Of a stretch of 64,000 bases of DNA, positions 48,950-57,826 are shown in pieces. Both the position numbers and the translations under genes were made by a program. Source of the stretch: an uncultured Flavobacteriales bacterium (lineage in GTDB: Bacteria > Bacteroidota > Bacteroidia > Flavobacteriales_C > GCA-002722245). The DNA is taken from contig CAJJCC010000023.1 of assembly GCA_905182585.1 (NCBI GenBank), positions 998 through 64,997 of the forward strand, in the 5' to 3' direction. Each line of letters starts with the position of its first letter. The first letter of the stretch is position 1. The notes under the pieces were generated by a model, which was given only the letters and a program-made list of their open reading frames with translations, was not told the origin of the DNA and ran no database searches.

Positions 48950-51553
48950 ATGGATTTAAATTCTAAGTTTTCAAACAAGGTTGCCGCTAAGTATCAGATA
49001 TACAACAGCTTGTTCCTTACACTACCTTTCGAAGAAATAACAAATACAGGGGTTTTATTACCTGTATTGTTTAAAGAATGTCAAGATGGTTTCAACGCTA
49101 AGAAGAATCCAACAGAGATTATAGATACTTTTTTCGAAAAACACGCTGATGTTGAGACTGAAGAAGAAAAAATTCAATTGTTGTTCAAATTCATGCAATA
49201 CATCGAACGTCAAGTAGTTTTATTTGATGCCGTTGAAGATGCTGCTTTTGAAGAAATTAACGATTTAAATGGTAATGGTACAGTTCGTTACGTTTTTAAC
49301 CGTGCTTCTAGTCAGCAAAAAATGGACAAGCTGATTAAAAAATTGGAAGATTTTAAAGTTAGAATCGTTCTTACAGCTCACCCTACTCAATTTTACCCAG
49401 GTAGAGTATTATCTATCATCGGTGAATTAGAAAACGCAATTAGAGAGTCAAATCTTCAAAAAATAAATGAGTTACTTCAACAATTAGGAAGAACAGCTTT
49501 TGTATCTAAAGAAAAGCCAACTCCTTATGATGAAGCAATTCGATTAATGTGGTACCTAGAGAATGTTTTTTATCATTCAGTTGGTAACGTTCACTCAAGA
49601 GTTCGTCGTGAATTAGCAAAACAAGGTGTTACTGATTACGATAAAGATATTATCAATATTGGTTTCTGGCCATGTGGTGATAGGGATGGTAACCCATTCG
49701 TTACTTCAGATATTACATTAGAAACTGCTCGCCAGTTACGTCATAAGATTTTCATTTGCTACTTCAGAGACGCAAAGAAATTAAGAAAAAGAATGACGTT
49801 TACCGGTGTTGATCAATTAGCAGAGAAGGTTTACAACAAACTTTCATCTACTATTTTCAATACAAAAGGAAAACGTTATAAAGCAGCTCAAGAAATCATT
49901 TCTGATCTTGAGGATATCAAAAATTACATTGTAAAGAATCACCAAGGTTTATTTGTTGATGTAGTTGAAGACTTTATTGTAAAAGTGAAATTATTTGGTT
50001 TCCATTTTACTTACATGGATATTCGTCAGGATTCAAGAATTCACAGTGAAGTTATCGACGAAATTTTCCAAGCAGCAGCTGATGGTAAACTAGGAGATAC
50101 TGTAAAAGGTAAAATCCCTGCTAATTATGCAGATCTTTCTGATGAAGAACAAATAAATGTTTTAACTCAATTAGAAGGAAATATTGATCCAGAACTTTTC
50201 GAAACTGAAATTGTTAGAGAAACATTGAAGTCATTCTATGTTATGAAACAAATTCAGGAAGAGAATGGTGAAACAGGATGTCACAGATACATTATTTCAA
50301 ACACACAATCTTCGAAAAATATGTTCGAAGTATATGCACTAGCAAGAATTTGTGGTTGGAAAATTGATGAAATGACTTTTGATATTGTTCCTTTATTGGA
50401 AACAGTTGAAGATTTAGATAATGGTGAGGATATCTTAGGATACATGTACAGTCACCCAGTATACCAAAAGCATCTTGCAGCAAGAAACAAACGGCAATAC
50501 GTAATGTTAGGATTCTCCGATGGAACTAAAGATGGTGGTTACTTAAAAGCTAACTGGTCAATCTTTACTGCTAAAGAAAACTTATCAGGAATTTCTAAGG
50601 ACAATAAAGTAAAAATTATATTCTTTGATGGTCGTGGTGGACCTCCTGCTCGTGGTGGTGGAAATACAAATAAATTCTATTCTTCATTAGGAGACAGAAT
50701 TGAAGATCATGAAATTCAATTAACAATTCAAGGTCAAACAATATCTTCAAACTACGGTACATTAAACTCTTCTCAGTATAACTTAGAGCAGTTCTTTTGT
50801 GCAGGTTTAGAAAACACCGTATTTAAAGGTGATGTTGCTTCAATGAATGACTCTCAAAGAGACATCATGAACAACTTAGCTGATTTAGGATTTGAAGCTT
50901 ACAACAACTTTAAAAATGATCCATTATTTGTGGATTATTTAGAAGATGTTTCTGTACTTCAATATTATGGTAAAACAAATATTGGATCAAGACCATCTAA
51001 AAGAAAATCAAACGGTAAATTAAACTTAGCTGATTTAAGAGCAATTCCTTTTGTTGGAGCTTGGACTCAAATGAAGCAAAACGTTCCTGGATTCTACGGA
51101 GTTGGAGCTGCCTTAAAGAAATATGAAGACGAAGGAAGAATTGATGAAATCAAAGACTTCTACGCTAAATCATTATTCTTTAGAACTTTAATTGATAACT
51201 CAATCCAATCGGTTGTTAAATCATACTTCCCGTTAACTTCATACCTTGAAGAAGATAAGAAGTTTGGACAATTCTGGAAAGGAATTTTCAACGAGTATGA
51301 ACAAACAAAACGTTTATTACTTTATATCTCTGATCAAAAAGAGTTAATGGAGAGATCTCCAAACAATAAAGCATCTATCGAATTAAGAGAGAATATCATT
51401 CTTCCTTTAATCACAATGCAACAATATGCATTAATGAAAGTGAAGGCAATTGAAAAAGGTGATAAGAATAGCGAAAAGTGGAAAGCTGCTTACGAAATGA
51501 TGATCATTAGAGCATTCTTCGGAAGTATCAACGCATCAAGAAACGCTGCTTAA
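48950..51553 (+). CDS. ppc: Phosphoenolpyruvate carboxylase
   Basis: 'VLTAHPTQ', 'GFSDGTKDGGY', 'FFDGRGGPPARGGG', and the C-terminal 'INASRNAA'-type end (canonical ...NTG replaced). Confidence 0.92.
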   Translation: MDLNSKFSNKVAAKYQIYNSLFLTLPFEEITNTGVLLPVLFKECQDGFNAKKNPTEIIDTFFEKHADVETEEEKIQLLFKFMQYIERQVVLFDAVEDAAFEEINDLNGNGTVRYVFNRASSQQKMDKLIKKLEDFKVRIVLTAHPTQFYPGRVLSIIGELENAIRESNLQKINELLQQLGRTAFVSKEKPTPYDEAIRLMWYLENVFYHSVGNVHSRVRRELAKQGVTDYDKDIINIGFWPCGDRDGNPFVTSDITLETARQLRHKIFICYFRDAKKLRKRMTFTGVDQLAEKVYNKLSSTIFNTKGKRYKAAQEIISDLEDIKNYIVKNHQGLFVDVVEDFIVKVKLFGFHFTYMDIRQDSRIHSEVIDEIFQAAADGKLGDTVKGKIPANYADLSDEEQINVLTQLEGNIDPELFETEIVRETLKSFYVMKQIQEENGETGCHRYIISNTQSSKNMFEVYALARICGWKIDEMTFDIVPLLETVEDLDNGEDILGYMYSHPVYQKHLAARNKRQYVMLGFSDGTKDGGYLKANWSIFTAKENLSGISKDNKVKIIFFDGRGGPPARGGGNTNKFYSSLGDRIEDHEIQLTIQGQTISSNYGTLNSSQYNLEQFFCAGLENTVFKGDVASMNDSQRDIMNNLADLGFEAYNNFKNDPLFVDYLEDVSVLQYYGKTNIGSRPSKRKSNGKLNLADLRAIPFVGAWTQMKQNVPGFYGVGAALKKYEDEGRIDEIKDFYAKSLFFRTLIDNSIQSVVKSYFPLTSYLEEDKKFGQFWKGIFNEYEQTKRLLLYISDQKELMERSPNNKASIELRENIILPLITMQQYALMKVKAIEKGDKNSEKWKAAYEMMIIRAFFGSINASRNAA

Positions 51554-51579
51554 TTTAATAAGCGCATTCAAATAAAATT

Positions 51580-51610
51580 AAAGGTTGCTATTTTTGGCAA
51601 CCTTTTTTTG
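51580..51610 (+). terminator. Rho-independent terminator after ppc
   Basis: aaaggttgc / gcaaccttt 9-bp stem followed by a T-run (tttttttg). Confidence 0.65.
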
Positions 51611-51623
51611 AATTATACCAAAC

Positions 51624-52076
51624 ATGAACTCAGACAACATCTCCGAAAACCCTTTAAAACAGGAACGTTACGACAAAGCATACTTAAGAATGGCTACAGA
51701 ATGGGCCAAACTTAGTCATTGCACACGTAAACAAGTTGGTGCTATTATCGTGAAGGATAATATAATTATAGCAGACGGATTTAACGGAACACCTTCTGGG
51801 TTTGAAAACTGTTGTGAAACCGATCAAGGTGATACGCATTGGTATGTTTTACATGCCGAAGCAAATGCTATTTTAAAATTAGCGCGTTCAAATAATAGAG
51901 GGACTAACTCTACTTTATACATTACCCTTTCGCCTTGCAGAGACTGTAGTAAACTAGTTTTGCAAGCAGGAATTAAAAGAGTGGTTTATATGAATGGATA
52001 TAAAGACACTACAGGTATCGACTTTTTAACGAAGGCTGGTATTGATGTTCTTCAAATTGAAAATCCTTTCGATTAA
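51624..52076 (+). CDS. Deoxycytidylate (dCMP) deaminase, ComEB-like
   Basis: Zinc motifs HAEANA and PCRDCSK with 'GFNGTPSG' between them. About 150 aa. Confidence 0.88.
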   Translation: MNSDNISENPLKQERYDKAYLRMATEWAKLSHCTRKQVGAIIVKDNIIIADGFNGTPSGFENCCETDQGDTHWYVLHAEANAILKLARSNNRGTNSTLYITLSPCRDCSKLVLQAGIKRVVYMNGYKDTTGIDFLTKAGIDVLQIENPFD

Positions 52077-53675
52077 ATGGATAACAAAAAATTCTTACTC
52101 AATTATATTCCACTCCTAGCTGCGATTTGTATTGTACTTGGGGTATTTCTTGGAAGGTTTTTATACGAAGGAGGCTCCTCTACTCTGTTCTCAATGTCAA
52201 ATAGTTCTGATGGGAAAGTTGATGAAGTGATCGAGCAAGTGGTAAGCAGCTACGTTGACCCCGTTAACGAAAATGAAATCACTGAATTTGCAATCAATAA
52301 ATTACTTGCTCATCTAGATCCCCACTCTACTTATATTCCGCCTCATGAAGTGCAAGGAGAAAAAGAAAGAATGTCTGGAAAATTCGAGGGAATTGGAATT
52401 GAATTCAGAGTAATTGAAGATACTTTAATCGTTGTGAATGCCATTAAAGGTGGACCTTCGGAAAAAGCTGGTATTAAGGCTGGAGATCGAATTATTGGAT
52501 TAAATCTACAAGAAATTGCTTTAGGTAAACTCAAAACGGACAGCCTTGTTAAACTGCTTCGCGGAAAGTCGGGAAGTGAAGTCGCATTAATTGTTATCCG
52601 ACCTTTTAACAAAGGGAAAATCACGATTCCTGTAATACGAGGTGAAATTCCAATTTTTAGTATTGATGCTAATTTTATGCTTGATCAAGAAATAGGTTAC
52701 GTGAAAATAAATCGATTCTCCTATCAAACTCTATTTGAATTTAAAGAAGCAACTGAGTCACTGGTAAACAAAGGAGCAAAGAAGTTAATAATCGACGTGA
52801 GAGACAATCCTGGAGGCTCTTTAAACGCTGTTATAGGTATATGTAAAGAATTACTACCTAACGATCGAAACATCGTTTATACAAAAGGAGAAAACGAACA
52901 AGAAACCTATAATTCAAGTGCTGACGGGGCTTTTAAGGATTTAAAGTTAACGATTCTTATTAACAGAAATAGCGCAAGTGCAAGCGAGATTTTAGCGGGA
53001 GCACTACAAGATAACGATCGGGCGACTATTATCGGTAGACGAACTTTTGGAAAAGGACTAGTTCAATCAGTAATTACCTTGAGAGATCAATCTCGTATTC
53101 ATTTAACAATCGCACGTTATTACACTCCTTCAGGAAGGTGTATTCAAAAATCGTTTGATAAAGATGACATGTCCGGTTATCGGCATGATGAATTAGAACG
53201 TTGGGGAAACGGGGAGTTATATTCTGCGGATAGTATTAAGGTGGTAGACTCATTAAAATATAAAACACTTTCGGGTCGAACTGTTTATGGAGGTGGAGGC
53301 ATAACTCCTGATGTATTCGTTTCCTTGGATACAAATTCAAACAGTAAAATGCTTTGTCAAATTTTAGATAGTAACTTAATTCGAAACTTTGCCATTAAAT
53401 TTTATACTGCTTCAAGTATAAAAGGTGCTGATTATAATGAATCAAACGAACTGCTTCAACAATCAGATTTAGTAGCTACGTTTAAAGCTTACTGTAGAAG
53501 TAAAAATATCCAATGGAGCAAATTAGATTGGATAACTTCTCAGGCATACATACACAACCGCTTAGAAGCTTATATATTAAGAGTTAAATACAAGAATAAT
53601 GGTTACTTCCGCAAGACTGGAGAAATAGACAATGAGGTAATTGAAGCATTAAAAGTGCTCTCCATTGAAGATTAG
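52077..53675 (+). CDS. S41 carboxy-terminal processing peptidase with PDZ domain
   Basis: PDZ 'GGPSEKAGIKAGDRIIGLN'. Catalytic Ser region 'INRNSASASEILAGALQD' and Lys region 'GRRTFGKGLVQ'. The start codon abuts the stop of the upstream gene. Confidence 0.88.
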   Translation: MDNKKFLLNYIPLLAAICIVLGVFLGRFLYEGGSSTLFSMSNSSDGKVDEVIEQVVSSYVDPVNENEITEFAINKLLAHLDPHSTYIPPHEVQGEKERMSGKFEGIGIEFRVIEDTLIVVNAIKGGPSEKAGIKAGDRIIGLNLQEIALGKLKTDSLVKLLRGKSGSEVALIVIRPFNKGKITIPVIRGEIPIFSIDANFMLDQEIGYVKINRFSYQTLFEFKEATESLVNKGAKKLIIDVRDNPGGSLNAVIGICKELLPNDRNIVYTKGENEQETYNSSADGAFKDLKLTILINRNSASASEILAGALQDNDRATIIGRRTFGKGLVQSVITLRDQSRIHLTIARYYTPSGRCIQKSFDKDDMSGYRHDELERWGNGELYSADSIKVVDSLKYKTLSGRTVYGGGGITPDVFVSLDTNSNSKMLCQILDSNLIRNFAIKFYTASSIKGADYNESNELLQQSDLVATFKAYCRSKNIQWSKLDWITSQAYIHNRLEAYILRVKYKNNGYFRKTGEIDNEVIEALKVLSIED

Positions 53676-53920
53676 TTTAAATATTCTACCTTTAAAATAT
53701 CAGCAGGGTTTACTTTATTCTGAAACTGCTTTACCCATCCATAAGAAACATGCTTATTTGGACTAACAATCTTCCTGATTTGAGTTGAATCAGCGAAATA
53801 GTATTCTAATTTCTTTAACGATTTGTTATAAATCCCATATAACATTCCGTATTTAGTTTCTCCATTTCTAAACTTGATTCTTGGATAACGATATCTGTAG
53901 TTTAAGTTAATTTCTTCCAT
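53672..53920 (-). CDS. Hypothetical 82-aa protein
   Basis: ORF only. Basic/aromatic-rich, no motif recognised. Convergent with the S41 gene with a 4-nt overlap. Confidence 0.4.
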   Translation of the reverse strand: MEEINLNYRYRYPRIKFRNGETKYGMLYGIYNKSLKKLEYYFADSTQIRKIVSPNKHVSYGWVKQFQNKVNPADILKVEYLN

Positions 53921-54086
53921 AAAGCGTTTAATTGTGTAGTGAGTTATTATATTTACTACGATTGAATCAATTATATGTTTAAAATCAAGCAGTTGAGTTA
54001 CGAACAGCTGTTAATAACCGAACCGCTAAACTTAATAATCATTCATTTTTTAGTCGCATTTAGGATTTACAAAATTAATACCAAAC

Positions 54087-54491
54087 ATGAAATTTTTAAC
54101 CTTTAGCCTGCTTATTTTAGCCTGCTTTACCAAATTAAGCATAACCTCTTTTAAGGAGCAAGTAGAATACCCAGGAATACAAACTGGAAGAACCTGGGCA
54201 AATTACAAAGTAGAAATAGCCAATCCCAAAAACGAAGTAATTAAAGTAGAAGGTATTTGGGTAAAACAACGCTGGATCAACTTCTTGCCCAAAAGCTATT
54301 CAGGTAATCCAATCACTATTTTAACAAGTGATCAATACATCAATCTAGATACATTAAAAGCCAAAATTGAAGTCCCTACGAAAAATGAAAAACACAAAGC
54401 TGTAGTCAAATATCATTTTAAAGGCAAATCGAAAGTCAGGTTTTTGGGCGTTTCTGAAATTATAAAAGAAGAACCTTTAGCGCGCCCATAA
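54087..54491 (+). CDS. Hypothetical secreted 134-aa protein
   Basis: N-terminal signal peptide (MKFLTFSLLILACFTKLS) and coding-like composition. Confidence 0.5.
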   Translation: MKFLTFSLLILACFTKLSITSFKEQVEYPGIQTGRTWANYKVEIANPKNEVIKVEGIWVKQRWINFLPKSYSGNPITILTSDQYINLDTLKAKIEVPTKNEKHKAVVKYHFKGKSKVRFLGVSEIIKEEPLARP

Positions 54492-54498
54492 AAATAAC

Positions 54499-56763
54499 CT
54501 ATATCAATTTACCGTCGATTGACAACAAACTGTTCTCAACTTGTTTAAGATTCTTTAAATTAATCTTTTCTAAATTCTCAATATTTATAATTGACTTCGC
54601 TCCTGGACTATCTTTAAATCCTACCAAGCACTTTTCTATAAACGGAGATTTAAAAATTGAACGAGATTTTTTTGTGTAAAAAGCATTTTCTGTATCAATA
54701 ACACTGAGACTAGTGCTAAAAAAATATGAATTGTCAGCTATATTTATTGCTGTTTTTGAGGACTTTATAGTCACATTTTCCAAAATAAAATTGCTATTTG
54801 AAAACAGTTATCGGATAATCACATTTTTTAAAAACACATGACTTCAATAACAAAATTGAATTCTTAAATTTTAATTCTTTTTTAAAAAAAGTACAATTTA
54901 CAAAAGTAAACTTTGACATTTCCGATTCAATATAGTGAGTATTAGAACCCATAAATAAGCAATCTTTAAATGTATTCTCGAAACTGTTGGTAGAAGAGAT
55001 GAATACATTATTAAAAAGTACATTTTTGAAAAAAGTTCTTGCTGTATTATTAATTACAATTTCGCATTTTGAAGAATCTGTTGATTCAATCTGTATAGAT
55101 CCAGAAGTTGACAATTTAACTTTTCCCTGAAAAACAATTCTTGAGCCATTTCTTAGATTTATCCTAAGGTTTGAGTCACAAATAAATTTATAATTTTTAG
55201 GTAATACTACGGATTTATTGACATTCCATATTCCCTTTTTTACGCTTAAAATTTTATTTAACGTATCTATAATTAAAGGTTGATTTGCGTCATAAACTAA
55301 ATTTGAATTGTACCCGATTCTTGGATTTAGAATTACTTTTGAATAAATTATTTTCTCCAATCCCAAAATTCGATAACCAATTAATAAGTCGCTAGGGTCA
55401 AGTTCACAATGAAACGCTGCTAATTCATAATTAATCTGTTCTTTGTCAATATGAGCCTGTAACAATATTGGCTCATGACATGAATCTATCAATTCTTTTT
55501 CTATGTTAAAAACTCCTACCAATTCTATAGGAAAATGATGATAATTACCTATTTCTAAACGAATTTGATCTCCTTTTTTATTGTGTAAATATGTATGAAC
55601 TCCCTGAATTGGCTTTAAATATTGCTGAATGTAGTCTGCGTTATTTTTCAATATTCCTAAATCCTTATTAAAACTGTATTTCGAATATCCCCCTTCACGT
55701 TTTAATAAGTTACTTTTTAAAATAATTTGATTGTGATGAGTGTGAATAAAGTTTGTTATAAAATCATTAGAACTAATAAAGTTTAAAGCTTTGATATACT
55801 CTGTATAAAATACTACATCATTAAACAACATAGAGTAAAAATCACACTTTTGAACTGTTTCCTGATTAGTCTTTAGTGACTCTCCAAAAATGGGGTGTTC
55901 ATTTTTAAACGAGCATCGTTTTGGCTTTATATTAGATTGATCGTAAGGGATTGGCTCAATTAACTTAGTTACTGGATTATAATAAAACCTTATATTCCAA
56001 AGGCCAAGGACATGAGGATCACCAAACACATCAACAATACTAATAAAGGTTGCCATAAAACATCTTTTGATTTAAGCCCTCCTTCTCTAAATTGTTCTAT
56101 TAAACCCCTGACTAATTTCCTTTATTTAGGAAATTTAGAACCGTAAAATTTAATTACACTTTCATGAAACATGTCCTTAGTATCTGGACCCGTTTACTTT
56201 CTTGCCATATGTAATCTGGATTAAACCTAAATATTACACCAGGCGACCTATTATTATTAATTGTTGATCTAAATTTTCTTCAATTGCATAAACACCTTTA
56301 TTTACATCATTAATAACTACGTTAATGAAATTAAACTTTAAGGAAATTAATCCAAGATGGCGATTTAGTTTATGGAAAAACCATTCATTTAAGAAATTCC
56401 GTACACTAGGACTCGATATTGAAAACTTAGACATTCCAAGATATAAAGAATCTTTTATCCTGATTTTCATCGAAATTTGATTTCTATTATTCTTATGATG
56501 ATCAGGGGTGCCCCTTTTAGCTTAAACTCTGCTTTTATTAAATCTGGGGCCAATAAACAACTCAAGTAACCTGGGTTTTCAGGATGAGACCGATACCCTC
56601 TTCCGTATTCATTTGACAACTCAACAGATTCTTCAAATTTCAACTTATTCTCATCAGAAAACTTAATATTTAAAAGTTCCAGCTCTTCATAATTAAGCTC
56701 TTTTAGAGCAACTTTTTCTTCCCAAAAATTAAAGAATGGCTTTATGTCTAAACCATATACCAT
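54499..56763 (-). pseudogene. Disrupted CotH-like/beta-helix gene, paralog of 31384..33231, split into at least four ORF fragments
   Basis: Fragments 56467..56763, 56234..56470, 54794..56056 and 54499..54783 are collinear with the intact paralog. The CotH-type core is 'NEWFFHKLNRHLGLISLKFNFINVVINDVNKGVYAIEENLDQQLI'. The fragments lie in different frames. Reading through a G4/C4 run near 56505 restores 'KLKG.TPDHHKNNRNQISMKIRIKD', and shifting in the aataataata run near 56250 restores 'NNRSPGVIFRFNPDYIWQESK'. Further stops occur in 56057..56233. Confidence 0.65.
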
Positions 56764-56806
56764 ATCGCTGAAAAAAATACCAAATAAAAAAATAAAAAAA
56801 TTATTC

Positions 56807-57733
56807 TTAATCTTTATTTTGATAATTAAGCTCTTTCATCACTCTACCTGCTTTATAAACTGTTGTTCTGAATTTTTTACCGTCAGCAGTATACATATAA
56901 ACTTTACCGTCCATTAGGTATCCTTTTTCAAAGTAACCTTCTCTGATAACCTGCCCTTTTTTATTGAAAAATTGTCTTTCGCCAGTTCCATTCCATGATG
57001 AATCAGCCGTTTTAGCATCAGGCTTTACAGTCATATTTACAGGGGTTTTACTTAAGGCAGGCACATCTTTAGCCTTAGCAACAACAGGTACTTTTTTGAT
57101 GGTCACTTTCCCAGCCTTTTCTTGAGGATTGAACATTTTAGTAGCAACTACATCAATCTTTCCATCCATGTAATTTCTTTCAGACTTTATGGATCCATCT
57201 TCATGATATTCAACAATAGTACCTGATTCCTTTCCGCTCAACCAGGCACCTTCAATCATTAACTGGCCGTTTTCATAGTAATATTTTTGAACCCCAGTTC
57301 TTTGACCAGTTTGATTATAAGACCAATCGTTTCGAATATTTCCATTTTTGTAATAATATTTATAATCACCAATCCATTTGTTATTTTTCCAAGTCCCCTC
57401 TTCGCGCTTATTTCCGTTCTTATAATAAAAAACAGCAAATCCGTCCGGCCGGTTGTCTTTGTATGTTAAAATATGTTTTACTTTATCATTGTTAAAATAA
57501 AAAAACCATTTTCCCGTTTTCTTATCATCAGAATAATCACCTTCTTCAACAATTTGCTCTTCCTTATAATTGGGAAGGTTTTTCATTTTATTTGTGTAAA
57601 CCCAATGTCCTTGCTTCATGTTGTTTTCGTCTACCGTATTGGCAGGTGCAATAGCAAGTACGTTTAAATTTAAACCTAAGGCAGCCAAAATTGTATATAT
57701 CATTCTTAATTTTAACATTTTAAAAAGTTTCAC
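56807..57733 (-). CDS. MORN-repeat-variant (YwqK-family-like) secreted protein
   Basis: Signal peptide. Repeated 'G.W..YY.NG....EG.W.N.K..G....YY.NG' units (for example KKTGKWFFYFNNDK, RPDGFAVFYYKNGNKREEGTWKNNKWIGDYKYYYKNGN, QRTGVQKYYYENGQLMIEGAW). Confidence 0.75.
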   Translation of the reverse strand: MKLFKMLKLRMIYTILAALGLNLNVLAIAPANTVDENNMKQGHWVYTNKMKNLPNYKEEQIVEEGDYSDDKKTGKWFFYFNNDKVKHILTYKDNRPDGFAVFYYKNGNKREEGTWKNNKWIGDYKYYYKNGNIRNDWSYNQTGQRTGVQKYYYENGQLMIEGAWLSGKESGTIVEYHEDGSIKSERNYMDGKIDVVATKMFNPQEKAGKVTIKKVPVVAKAKDVPALSKTPVNMTVKPDAKTADSSWNGTGERQFFNKKGQVIREGYFEKGYLMDGKVYMYTADGKKFRTTVYKAGRVMKELNYQNKD

Positions 57734-57826
57734 GATTTAATATTTTACGCGTTAAAATCTAAAAAGTTGTATTTTTCACGATTTAAACACGTAATTAAAC
57801 GTACTAAATATATAATATACAGCATT

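Noticed and set aside
56764-56806. A-rich tract (aaaaaaataccaaataaaaaaataaaaaaatt) between the CotH-like pseudogene and the MORN protein gene
   Set aside because: It is a low-complexity intergenic spacer with no dyad symmetry or repeat partner elsewhere in the window. I see no evidence for function.
56807-57733. Toxin-antitoxin or defence-system interpretation of the YwqK-family protein
   Set aside because: The protein has a signal peptide, and no toxin, nuclease, ATPase or other defence-type gene is adjacent. The 'antitoxin' label is only a family name.
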